A stretch of DNA of 64,000 bases from NCBI RefSeq assembly GCF_002105155.1, contig NW_019029012.1, positions 248,001-312,000 on the forward strand, read 5' to 3'. Position 1 is the stretch's first letter. Each line of letters begins with the position of its first letter. Made by a program: the position numbers and the translations under genes. The notes under the pieces were generated by a model, which was not told the origin of the DNA, made no database searches, and worked only from the letters and a program-made list of their open reading frames with translations. Source of the stretch: Lobosporangium transversale (taxonomy: Eukaryota). Below, piece after piece: positions 24,259 through 39,891 of the stretch.

Positions 24259-24385
24259 GGTTAAAATGAGCAATGAAATGGTCAAAGAACCAGTTGAAGT
24301 GGTCCTCTCATACAAGCAAAAGGCACAGAGGAATTGTATAGGACTAATGTGGCTTGAAACTTTTTTTTTTATTGCAGGATAGCTC

Positions 24386-26385
24386 CTAGGAAATGATCGG
24401 ATATGAGACGAGCTCATCAATTGGGCTACTTTCAATTGCTGCTGTAACATGCAAGCTACTGATGCTATTAGAAGGCCTGAAGCTATTACTTGGGCTACTA
24501 CTGGTTGCGGTGCTCCTAGGCTTGTTGCTCAATATACCCGATGCACCAATCCATTCCCAAACTCGATGGATCTCACCTCTCACTTCTTGCAAACTCACCC
24601 GCACATTCGCATCCTTGTCAACAATAGTAGAAACTTTCTCCCATAGTTCGTTACGCCGCGCAGGCTGAGCCACATCAATCAAAAGAGCGTCCCGAAGATG
24701 AATCTGAGATAGATATGGCTCAGGGTAGCTGAAGGGATCGATATAGTAGTAATGTGACTGATCTGTTAGTTTGCTAAGAACAGTCTCAACAAGGGATTGA
24801 ACTATTTTGGACTCTTCGCGTTTGTTATGGAGATGGCGCCGGAAAAAAAATCCAGATAATGAGGCAATGATAATAGTCAAGATATACAGTTGGTACTCAA
24901 GACACCAGCCAAGAAATCCCTGCCGCATCGCGCACACAAGAGATTTACTAGGCTTGAGTGAACGAAGATACTCTTCATCGATCCATTGTTCAAAAACAAG
25001 GCTATCTGACCTGCGGAACAATTCCTTCAAGGCAAGATCCCAATATTGCTCGAATTCCTCCAAGGATATGCTAGACTGTAATTAATAAGACGAAAGTAAA
25101 TAAAAATAAAGATAAAAAAAAATAAGGAAAAAAAGGTCAAAGACTCTTCCTAAAACAAAGAAATATACGAGGCGAGGCCATAAATCTCTTTTTGGTATGG
25201 ATGCTTACATCTTTCATTGAATAGATTTCGTCCTTCAAGTCTCTAATTGATATCCGTTGGCGTGCTATGAACTCAAGTGTCCTTGGTGGCTGAACATAAA
25301 ATTTGCATTCCTCAATTCCAGCCTTACGATGCAAGATATGCTCAGCCACATCTGCTACTTGCAGACTCTGATACTCTTTCGCCTTATTGAGGACACAAAC
25401 AGGTGTTAGCGGCAGAAAGTTATCAAAACTGAGTGGGTTTGGCTTCAGAATATACTCTGGTGGGCAGAGAGGCGGCTCATTGGGATCTAAGCACGTTGCA
25501 TGTGTTGGGCATGGGATACATGTGGGATACATCCAACCCCAGAATTGATTCTCTATTGATAAATGTAAAATAAATGTTTTTAGTCGCTGAATAAAGTAAA
25601 CAAGGCAAAACCGTCTATAGCTCTCTTGTTCCAAGAAACTAAGAGCTTATACATACGATATTCGTTAGGACTGCTGGGAGTGGAAGAATCCGATGTGCAA
25701 AAGCCAATTTGAAAGCGTGTCTGCCGATACCATGATGCAAAGAATAGAACTGCCACAGAAAGCAATAATCGGAATGGCATCCATGAACTTTGCTGTTTTT
25801 CATTCTGAATCCTATTAAAGCCAACCTCTCTCTGTCCTTGATGATAATGCATCGCCCCGAAATTTAAAGGTTTGGGTTTAGCAAGTGTAGCCTCTAATAT
25901 CCTTCGACTTTTAGCCACCAATGGCGAATTGTGGAAAGGGGGACCATCAGAGTCGATATCGTCAAATGTTGAAACTGGATACTTGGGTCTACGAATATAA
26001 TTTGAAAATGCAGGCAGAGCTGCAGCTCCAAAGATGTCGTCGTGCTCCATTCTCCCTGATGAATCCCTCCTGGTCTCTCGCAATCCATTACCCGACTTGC
26101 TACGCGCTCTTGATGTGCGTGACTTTGAGGCTGAACGCGATTTTAACGAGGGATGCGACGTAGAAGAAACACCATCCCTTGATTTAGACCGCCGCCTGCG
26201 TTCTGACTCCTTGCTACTCTGAAATGGATTCTCCTTTGAAAAATTTTGACTAGGCGCTCTCTTCTTTGTTGAGGAAGATCTCTACTTGACAATAGGATCA
26301 AGAGACTGTTAGCGGATGCAAATGATCCATTTTAACATGTGCAATGATCAGCCTATCAGACACTTCAGATAAATAAAATAATAAC

Positions 26386-26429
<44 letters not shown>

Positions 26430-27191
26430 GGCCTACTCTCCGACGCTTAACCCGACCGCTATCATCAATGCTCTTCGTATCCTTAATATCTGTCGATGCT
26501 CGTTGCGTTCTTCCTCGTTCTACGTCTTTTGTCGGATGGTCCTCCTTAGTTACTTCGTTTGATACATTCGTGAAATCTGACTGTAAAAATAAAAAGATAA
26601 AAATAATATAAAGACACGCTTCTCAGTAAACAGCAGGCATTAAAGAGTGAGACTTCACACTATCAAATTGTCTGGTACCTTATCAGCGCTACTACCTCTA
26701 CTGAAACTTGTTGATTCAGTTCCTGATGTCTGTTGCCCATTCTGCCTCAAAGGTCCTGTTTCTGGCACTGGTTGAACTGATGATGAAGCTAATGTCGAAG
26801 CTGGTAGCGAACTTAAAGACGGGAGTGGTTGTGATACATGGCCTTGTTGTAATGTAGAGCTGGAAGAGGAGGAAGAGGTAACAGTAGCTGATTTATGTGG
26901 CGGAACCGCAGGTTTGACCTGCTTGCGATCATTTGATAGATGAGTCGTAGTAGACGCAGGTACTTTGATGATCCCTTTCTCCGACGGCTTGATATTCTCA
27001 TAATACTTCCTAAGTGCTGGTATCTGAGGCCTGATATGCTGTTCAAACAAATCAATAAAATCCTGTTTCCTGACATTCCCGGAAGGCGTCTTGACCTTGT
27101 TATGAATAAGAATTTCACGAAGTCGATCCATCTTATCCCGCATGGGATTGTAGTCGGGATGGAGATACCTTGGTAACGGCTCCTTCGGCAT
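24386..27191 (-). CDS. SRC1: Inner nuclear membrane LEM/HeH + Man1-Src1 C-terminal protein (spliced)
   Basis: N-terminal HeH domain (YLHPDYNP...[20 protein letters not shown]), two TM segments, luminal [10 protein letters not shown], and C-terminal LRDALL...LWEKV..V..DANVR...[11 protein letters not shown]. Confidence 0.88.
26380..26425. repeat. (AAT)n microsatellite in SRC1 intron
   Basis: Run of AAT triplets. Confidence 0.9.
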
Positions 27192-27512
27192 TATGGGTCA
27201 GGCTAAAGCTAAATGAGGGATTCCTCGAAGAAGTCGCGTCGTCGATGGATGAACTGAATCGTTGTTTGGGCGAAAGCCTTGACAACTGCGCCGAAATATC
27301 ATGTGTTAATTAAGGTTGCCACAGCTTTTAAATGATTTCGGTGACGCAGGTGTCCAAGCTAAAAATGAGAGATGGGTGAAAGATCTTTGCACCATCCTCT
27401 TCTTCCTTTTGGGACTCGACTGAACAGTACCGTCTTTTATAATATATATTTAGCCGGATATAATAAATAGCAATCTCAGGAATAATAGACTACAGGAGAG
27501 GGAAAAGAGGAC

Positions 27513-30123
<2,611 letters not shown>

Positions 30124-31291
30124 AAGAGAGATGAAGGCAGTTGTTAGAAGAAGAGGATTGATTGCTTTTGCTTGCATGACCGACACTTGTAAAATATATA
30201 ACCATATCATGTATCACACAGACTAAAATGTTGTCCTGCTGATTACAGAATGAATGACGAGATGAATGGTTGTACAAAAAGAAATCAGCTGGTCAATGCT
30301 AACTGAGTCCATCCATGATTTTTCAAGTGGAGCACAAAAATCAATGTGTGATTTAGTGGATTCTGTCTAGAAAGCTTTTCGAATACAGCATGCAGGATGT
30401 ATACCATTACCGTTGCCATTGTCATAGTTTGTTATCATGGTTGCACAGCGAGTGATAGAGAACGCCGTTGCTCCGCCCTGACAGGCTGCATACTCGGGAT
30501 GAGGAGAACATGTTAGATGTATGCAGGATACAGATATTTTAAAAAAAAAAGGGGGGGGAAGAAGAAGAATAAAAAAGAAAAGAGCATGTGCATCATGACA
30601 TGCTTCATTTTTTGTTTTTTATTTTTTATTATTTATTATTTATTATTTTTTTGAGAGAAGGGAAAAAAGAGAAAGCGGACCCATTTGCCTGACTTTTGTC
30701 CGTGCCTGCCCACCCGGTGCCAATGAAGGGAAAGAAGAAAAAAGGGGGAAGAGTTGGATGAAAAGCTTCTAACGCGACGTGACCCTGACGATTCATTCTC
30801 TCCTGTCCTAAAATCAACTTCAACAAACGCAACTCTTTCGTCGTTGGACCTTCTTTCTCTCCCCCTCTCCTTCTGCTATTCTACTGCTCTTGTAGTCCAA
30901 AAAAGAAAAAAAAAAAAAAAAAAAAAAAAAAACGCATTCACTCTTTCTCATTCTTTGCTCTCTACATTCCATACATTCCAGCATTACCCTTCCTGTCCAG
31001 CAAAACTCATTTCTGATTCTCCTCTTCTCTATCTCCTTTTCTATCTTGTGTATAAATATATACGTGTATTTATATCTTTGCTGTCCCCTTCCTTCTTGGC
31101 CTGTCCTTGTTCAATCCCTTTGGCATCATTATCATCCGCCGATAACGACTCTTATCTCAGTGGGCCTCGACAGGCGAATGAACCATTCAGCTCCCGTTTA
31201 ATAAATATCATACCTTTGTCTTCTCCTTCCACACACATTCACCCTTTTCCAGATACCCAGCATTTTTTTTTTTTTTTCTTTTTTTTTCAGG

Positions 31292-34200
31292 ATGGTGGGA
31301 ACACTAAAGACAACTCAATCAATCTTACCCCTATTTCAAGCCGATACAGACAGATGTACGTTGACTTTAAATCACTCAACGTTCTTACTTTCTTATTATA
31401 ATGACGTTTGAGAATATGAACACTTTACTGACCAGCACATTCTACATCTTCATCATGCTATCTCTTTTTCTTAACTTTAATTTTTCAGTCGCTATCTCTA
31501 GAATCACTGTCCATGATGCCACGACAGCAACCTCACCTTCGAAGGCAGTGACCATGCCTACACCCATATTGAGCATGGCCATCAACAATGGTTCCTCGGA
31601 AATCTCAATTCAGCATCCAACTCAGGACATATTAGAGTACATTCAGGATCCAGAAGATCATGGACAGCGATACTCTACTTCAGGACCCCTTTTTGACCAA
31701 TCATCACCGAAACCCAATCTCAACCTTAACTTCAACCCTCCACCTTCGCCAATCCCAAAAGAGCTACCATCACTGTTGCTTAAAATCCCTGTAAAGGAGG
31801 GCTTAAAACTGGCATTTGAGCTCAAAGGTAATCTGTTGGACTCTGTACAACCAAAGCAGATCGTCAAAGCACGCACAGCACCAGGGACACGGACGCAGCA
31901 AGTAAAGGCACATACGCCAGAACCCACCCTCCATCAGGGGCTTACTCATAATCACCCAAAGGAACGTGAGAAAAGTGACAAAAATACTGCTGTCATGAAC
32001 AGTCTAACAACAGTGTTCCCGAAAAATACTGAGGTGCAGATGGAAGCAGGGGAAGAAGAAGAGGCAGAAGCTACTGAAGTTTATGCATCTACAATATATT
32101 TTGCCGAGACGCGGACAGAGCAGAGCATGAAAGCCCTATGCAGCGAAACTGCATTTCAACAGCAGGTAACCATTCACCCCGAAAGGTTCTTTAAAACTAT
32201 AAAGAATCAAAAAGCAAGAGTCACAAAAAAAAAAAAAAAGATTAACTGAACACTAACAGGCATTTTATCAACTATTACAATGGTCTTAGTTAATGGACAA
32301 CCCTGGATCTATCTCAACTGTGCAGATAAGACTACCTTCAGAGGATAACGAAACACACACTTGGGAATGGGATTACCAAACCGACGATCGGCCACAGCTA
32401 GCGGCACAGAGTCATAAAGCTGTTTTTGCTGTAAGTGTATATTCAGACTTTTTTTTTTTTTTTTTTTTATCCATATATTGATCAATATTAAACACTTTTT
32501 TTGACTCTTATTGGTTGATACAAACCTAGTTCATGACCCGTAGCCATTCAACTGGTGCATTGGAAATCCTATCAATGTTTTCGTTTTGGATTCAATGTAA
32601 GTCCTGGTATTTTACTTATCGCACCTGAAAAGCATCTGACTGCATTTAGCAACATACTAAAAGTGTTTTCAATTCTTTTTTATTTCTCTTTTTTCTGGGG
32701 GAATATTCTTTTAATGCAGATGGTTCAAATTCAGTAGTCAATGAGGGTATGAGATTGCAATCTGGCATCCAGCGGAACTCGGTAAAGAATGCGCGCCACT
32801 GGCGTAGAAGTACCACCCCTGAAAAGAACTACAATAGCCGCATCCCGGCATTTTGGAACAAATTACCATCGTTACCTCCGAGCCACAACTCTCTACCAAG
32901 CTTTCAGGATGTGTTCTCTCAACTAGAAGGAGAAAAGACCATATCTGGAGCATCTGCAACGTCAACAGCAGTCCCTCCGATACCCCTGGCTAACGACACG
33001 GAGGATGGGCCCTTATTTCGGGCCACTGTTGTGGAATGCGAGCAGCATATCCGTAACATGAAATCGGCTACGAAACGGATTTTGAAGGCTGCACAGAATG
33101 TTTTAGAAACCAGGAAGGCATGGGTGGCTGCGGAGGAAGCTCTTGTCAAGGAGTTGAATTTGATGAAGGCGGCAGAACCTTTAGTGCAACAATACTTGCG
33201 GCCATTAACAACTCAACTTGCAGGCCAGTCTGAGACGCTGACGCAGTATATGAAGACTTTTATCATTGAGCCCTTATCACAATTTTACGGAGTTGATATC
33301 AAAGAAGCAGAAATGCGTCGGAAATCGTTTGATGAGGAAAGCAAGGAGTTTTACAGCTTTCTATCGCGATACATGAGCATAAAGCAGGATAATACTCAAA
33401 AAAAGATGGAAGCGGACGCAAAGCACGAAAAGAAACGGCGGCACTTCGAACGCAAGCGACTCGAGTATTGGAACTTTTTGATTGAAATGAAGGCTGGCGG
33501 CAGTAAAGGGGATGAAATTTGTGTCAATCTTACCAACTATGCAGAGAAGCATTGCCAGTGTATTTTCGACATGGGCACAGTCGCAGAAGGGCTCCGACCG
33601 GAGCTGGCTACTATTGCTACCACCAATAGGCAGCGAATGGATCAGCACAAGGCTCGCCAAGCCGTTGAAAATTCCCTTGCGTTACTGCGCCCTCCTTCAA
33701 GGCAGTACACCAAGGACGGGCCTGGCCTAGTCCTGACACAATCTTTGCTCACTGCATCATCATCCAACCTTAGTTTAGAATCGCCGAGAACACCTTACTT
33801 TGAAAGAGACTCATTCGATTTTCAGCCTTTGGCATCTGATGCCAACACTCCCACTTCTGCGGATAACCCATCTCAACCTAGTAACGCCAGTTCGCTCAGT
33901 ATCTCGGGCATTCGTGACCTAGAACACCAGGATATCGATGCTGGCCTCGCTCTGGGGAGACGTAAGGAAGGTTTTCTATTTGCAACCAGCCGACCGAGTG
34001 GGCACAATAACACTGTCCTTGAGAAACCCAATATCAATTGGCACAAATACTGGTGTGTTCTATCTGAGGGCCAACTCTATGAGTATTCTCACTGGAGAAA
34101 AGGTGTCACTCAGCCTCATAACGACCCTATTAACCTTCGAATTGCTACGGTTCGTTCGTGTCGCGACCAAGATCGAAGATTTTGTTTCGAAGTAATCACA

Positions 34201-37200
34201 CCAAAGTTCAGAAGAGTTTACCAAGCAACAAGTGCGGAAGATATGAACTCTTGGATAAATGTTATCTCAAATGCGATTCAGGGCCTCTTGAACGGGACAA
34301 GTAGCTGTCGAAACCTGAACTTGGAGTATGCAAGAAGTGGCTATCGAACAGCAGGATCTTCGGATAACAAAGGATTGACCTCTGGATTAGGATTAGCTCG
34401 AGCTAGTATGGAGCATATCCTTCTTAACACATCGCTACCGATGTCGATCCAGGATCGAGTACAGCCGGGTCAAGCGGTTGGTCGGAAACGTGGAGGCAGT
34501 GCAGCTGATGCTCTGACTGAGCTTGGGCAGTTCATTCACCCAAAAGGCGAGGCCGGGGATTCATCTGATAGCAATAACGTTCCTCAAGATTCGGATCAAC
34601 TTGGCACTCAACTACTGAGATTAATGCGAGAGAAACATCCAAGTAACACCATCTGTGCTGAATGTGGCGCCAAGAACCCAGATTGGTGCGTAATCAACCT
34701 CGGTATCTTAGTGTGTATAGGTAAGTGAACTGTAATGTAGAAATGTGCTTTGTTTTTCAACCATTTATAGGTGTTCACCAACAAACTAACAATAAGCAAA
34801 TATTTTGCGGATGTAGAATGCTCTGGTATCCACAGAGGTCTTGGGACCCATATCTCCAAAGTACGCTCGCTGACCCTGGATACAACATCATATACAAAGG
34901 ATCTTTTTGAGTTCATTCGTTCAGTGGGCAACAACATCTCAAACGACATTTGGGAGGCAAACCTTATCACCCCAGATGGTCTCTTGCATAAGGCCACCGC
35001 GCAACCCGCAGAAGCCAAAACCGTTTTCAGGAAACCGGTGGTGAATGATCCTCGTGAATATAAAGTCGCCTTCATTCGTCAGAAATATGTCGATAAAGCA
35101 TTCTTGAACCGACCAAATCAACAAAGTTCTAAAAGCCAATCTGCAGAGGCGACTGATGCACTCTTCCGAGCAGTGGCTGTAAATGATATCCCAGCGGCGG
35201 TTGCCGCGTTCGCAGCTGGTGCTAACCTCAATATGGTACAAAAGGCAGATGACATGATGGATTCTGGGCCCTTCACTGAAATTCATGAGCCTTCCTCGCA
35301 GCCTCCTCCATTGCCGCCCAGGAAAAGCGAAACCTCATTTACCTTTAGGGATATTTTCGACACTACGGGTGAACCCATCCCGTCCGAAAAAGCATTACAG
35401 CCATCACTTGAAAGCTCGGCCTCTACTTCAGATAAATCATCTCAACTATCGAGGCTTACCATATCGTCTTCACCAGCAACTGACGTAGATCATGATGAGG
35501 GAGTTAGGACCAATATCAGCAGCACTCAAATACTTTCGCCGCAGGAGCAGCAAAAGCAAATGAGTATCTTGGAAATCCGGCCAAGGCCTCTAGGGGGAGG
35601 GCGTGCCATTTCATCTGTGATGGTATTGCAGACTTCACCATTGCTGATTTCACTTCGTCATGGAGTGCCTTTTACCCTTGATAACCGGTTCGAAGTGTAT
35701 CCTCTTGCGGAATTCCTGATTCTGAACGGAGCTGCAAGTAATGCGAGTATGGAGGTTAAATTGGTTAGCAATGGCCTAACAACAACGGCTGACAAGTCTA
35801 AGCTCCCTTCTGAGTCTGGTGCTGCTGCGAAGGTACCCGAGTTGAAAAAAGGGAACAAGGCCCGTTCGGAGGAATTGATATCAGAAGGCCTGATCGAACG
35901 AGGTGCCCCCCTGCAAGTCTCGAGCTCCATTGGATCACGGCTATCTATAGAACAGATGACCACAAGTTTGGACGCTTCCATCAGCTCTAACGCGCTTGCA
36001 TCGTTAGCGGATTTAGACTCGAAAGACTCGGAGCCAGTCGATGATAATTCTCACCGGAGGAGTGTTGGGCAGATTGTAGAGTTGAGAGGTGAGGATGGAG
36101 CTAGTGCAATGGAGTATCTTCGAGCCAAGAGTATTGCCAGAGGAGAAGCAACACCGAAGCCCACTTCTCCACTTACGTCTACCCCATTGGCCAGCACTTC
36201 AACAACGGGAACTAAATCTTGGCAAGGAGGCTCCAGGCTGCGACCAAGCAGTGTGAAAGACATGAACATAGCCAGCTCATCCGTCCCTTCCATACCAAGT
36301 ACATTAGATTTTAAACCAACACTCACACCTCGCCTACGATCATCTGGATCTATGACATCTACAAATGGATCCAATCTCATGTCGCCCTTACCGCCTTCAG
36401 CCACCAATGGCGCTCGTGCTGGACAACACTATGATACACGCACTGTGCCCGCAAACCCAGCACCATCATACCCACCGCCTGTATGGGCTAACAGCCACCA
36501 TCAGGATATATCTGCACTCTTCCATAAAAGGCGTGAGAGCGATGGAGGGATTGGGTCAAGTCTTTTCAGCACTATAAGACCTGCTTCTTCAGCATCTTCC
36601 AAAGATAAGGATCGAGCTAGTGCCACTACAAAAGCACAAGCGAGGAGATCTGGAGATTTCACCAAAATTCGTCCCGTATCCATGATTTCATCATTCTCTC
36701 AGCATTCGGATGCGAGTAGCACGCAACCGCCGATGCATTCACCACCGCTTTCTGACAATGAAGGTGCGCCGCTGTCGTTCGCTGAGGGTCATCATCTACC
36801 GAGTGAAGCGTTGCCTAATATTGATATTTGGGATAGCATCATTGGCGCCTCAGTGGCAGGCAGTGGTAGCAACAATAGTGGCAATAACGCCAGCAACAGG
36901 AACAGCACATTCAGTCTGACCAGTACGCCCAGCCGGACCCAGAAAGTCAAATCGAGCTTGACGAGAAGTATTCGGATTTCAGCAAAATACATCCGTAATA
37001 GCGTGATCAAAGATGACCGCAAGGACAAGGATAAAGCAACTGGTATTTTTATTGGTGGTATGCAGCCTCAAGCGTCTGTATCTTTAACACACTTTGATGA
37101 TGCCAATTACAGTCTGGTCGATGCCAAGAGAGATGACGAAGATAACGGAGAAGAGTTGACAATGGCTGAACTACTAGCGCAGCAGGATGAACAGGAACGG

Positions 37201-37491
37201 CAACGGCAACAGCAACATCTGCAGCAACTGCAGCAACTGCAGCAGCAACAACAACAGCAGCAACAACAGCAGCAACAACAACAGCAACAACAGCAACAAC
37301 AGCAACAACAGCAACAACAGCAGCAACTGCAGCAGCAGCAAGGGTCATATGGGCAATGGTCAGACGTATCATTTACTTCTTTCCCTTCCATGAAAAGCAT
37401 ATCGCCCATGTCCCTCTTTGCTTCTCTGGGTCTCTCATCCACATCAACGCCTAATTCATCGCAGACTCAACGTCAGGATTACAAGGAATAA
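31292..37491 (+). CDS. ACAP/Age1/Csx2-like BAR-PH-ArfGAP protein (spliced; 5' exons tentative)
   Basis: BAR (EDGPLFRAT...), PH (RRKEGFLF...WHKYWCVL...RRFCFEVITP) and ArfGAP zinc finger (CAECGAKNPDWCVINLGILVCI|ECSGIHRGLGTHISKVRSLTLD). Proposed start MVGTLKTTQ at 31292. Confidence 0.9.
37200..37340 (+). repeat. CAG/CAA polyglutamine tract in ArfGAP C-terminus
   Basis: Mixed CAA/CAG run encoding a long Q tract in ORF 34771..37491. Confidence 0.95.
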
Positions 37492-37663
37492 TCACAATGA
37501 AGCATATTTGACGAACAGTATAAAGATGATTTTTTATAATTAAAAAAAAACATGATCGTCTTAAAGAATTAAAAAATGTGTTCGTCTTAAAGAATTTAAA
37601 AAACAGTGGATTGGATTTTGATTTGGAGTTTCTAATGAAGGTAGTTTTTGGATTCTGGAAGAA

Positions 37664-38909
37664 TTATTTTGGCAAATGCGCACGGATCCACTGGATATAA
37701 TAATCGATGACGATCTTGCGATCGTCCTCTGGCTCGTTATGGAGCTCATGATAATGATCTGGATAGATCTTATACTCCTTGTCCTTGACCTGGATCTTGT
37801 CAAAGAAAGCCTTACTTGCGCTCTGGTCTGTTAACCCATCTGCAGAACCGTGACAGATCAGCAGAGGGACATCTGGGGTGATACTCTTGTATCGCTCAGT
37901 GAGCAACAACTTTGCGTTGGTCAACATGTCATAAAAGCCTAGAGTGGTGCCGTACCCATGCACCAAAGGGTCGTCATTATACTTGGAGACCTCCTTAAGA
38001 TCGCGTGAAATAAAGGCTGAGGGCAGGTTAAAAGGGAATCGCAATGATGGTGCAATCCTGGAAACAGCCCCTACAAACGACACGGCTAGATTGCTGGGTC
38101 GAGTAGATGCAGCTGCAAGAACAAGAGGTGCGGAGGCAATGACACCAGCTAATTTGGTACGCAAAGGACCAATGCAGTCATAATTGAGAACCAGGCTTCC
38201 TCCCTAAGAAAAAAAGACAAAAAGATCAGACTCTTTGACCAAAGAGTTTTTATTTTTTTTCCCGAGTCCACATACAAACATACAAAAAAAAAAAAAAAAA
38301 AGAGAGAAATCGTACATAGGAATGACCCATGAGGAACAATGGTACACCCTGGATTTCCCCACGTTTCAATGCGGCTGTGATATCAGGAATAGCCTTTACG
38401 TATCCTCCTGATCGTCCTAACGTCTTTGACTTTTTCCCTATTGAACAAATAAAAATATATATATGTATATATATAATGTATGAGATTGGGCGATAGTCGA
38501 GCATCCATCCATGCAAACTATCCAAGAAAAGAAGAAAAAAAAAAAAAAGATTTACCTGTTTGACCAAATCCGCGTTGATCAAAGGCCGATACTTGGAATC
38601 CAGCCTTATTAAACTCTTCAAAAATATGATCGTAGCCTAAACAAAAAAAGAAGCTTTTTTTTTTAAAATTCTACCCATTCCCATCATAAACGTTAACGTT
38701 AACGTTAACATGTAGATATGCCTTTTACTTGTGGCTAATTTTTTTTTATGATTATACTTACGAACAATATGTTCTCCAAGGCCATGAACAAAGACGACTG
38801 AAGCAACAGGGTTACCAACAGCGTACCAAGTTTTTGTGAAGATATCATGGCCATCCTCAGACTTGATCCACTCTTCCTTGCTCCTTGGTTTCTCAATTGC
38901 GTTTGCCAT
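37664..38909 (-). CDS. Monoglyceride lipase / lysophospholipase (alpha/beta hydrolase, Yju3-like; 4 exons)
   Basis: VFVHGLGEH, DQRGFG, nucleophile elbow GHSY|GG, HGSADGLT and YHELHNE. Confidence 0.92.
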
Positions 38910-39701
38910 TTGTTAACAACAAAAAAAAATAAAAAAAGTATGTTGAAATGATGTTCTGTATGAATAAATGATAGAGTGGAATGTGTTTAAAAAAAAACAA
39001 ACAAAAAAAAAACAAAAAAAAAAAAAAAAAAAGGAGAAGGGTATTTATGGCCTTGATGGCATGAGATTTATCGTTGCAGAATTGGCTCAATGAAATGCAA
39101 CAACGACAATTGTTAGGCCAAAATTAAACTTGGTGCACAATGCACAGGGCTCCATGATTCTATTTCCTTTTCCCTTTCACATGCTTTGGGCAAACGATAA
39201 AGCCGCTCTCCCTCTCCCTAGATTAGCATCTATCTACTGTTCATTGTCTACATGAACTACCTTTTACACATTCGCTGCTACTGCTATTGCTCCATGAGCC
39301 ACCTGCATACCTCAAGAGACCGACTGGTGTATCAAAACAAAGAGTAAAAAATAAAAGTACAGAGTATCACAGCAATTAATGTTGTACATGTAAATTAATT
39401 GTATCAATTACCTTTGCTTGGGAGTATCGGAGTATCGCTCTCTTATTAAAGGTCATGGCTGAATGAGTGCTTGTGTCGTCTATTGCAATCGCTATTGCTT
39501 TGTGTAGAAGACGCGTTTCTTTTTCCATTCATTCTATCCATTTCTCCCATCAAACTCACTTCATCACTTGCACCAACCTAACCATCTCCAACATACATAC
39601 TGTATTTTCTTTTTCTCCCATCTTATTCACTCTATTCTCATTCTTCCCATTCTTTACTCTCGGTCTCTCATTCTCTTTTAATTAATTACTTGATCACAAC
39701 A

Positions 39702-39855
39702 ATGAAAATCAAGAAAATTCTGTAGGTTGTCAAAAGACGAAGATAGGGAGTTTCGACGCCAAAGAGCAATTCGTATGAAATCACTTTCTGACGAAGATGC
39801 GGGTATTGTCTTTTGGGAAGTAAGTCAAAAAAAAACTAATTTCCTCTTGTCCCTC

Positions 39856-39891
<36 letters not shown>

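Noticed and set aside
37049..37442. Poly-Cys and poly-Val/Ala ORFs
   Set aside because: Alternative frames of the CAG/CAA repeat.
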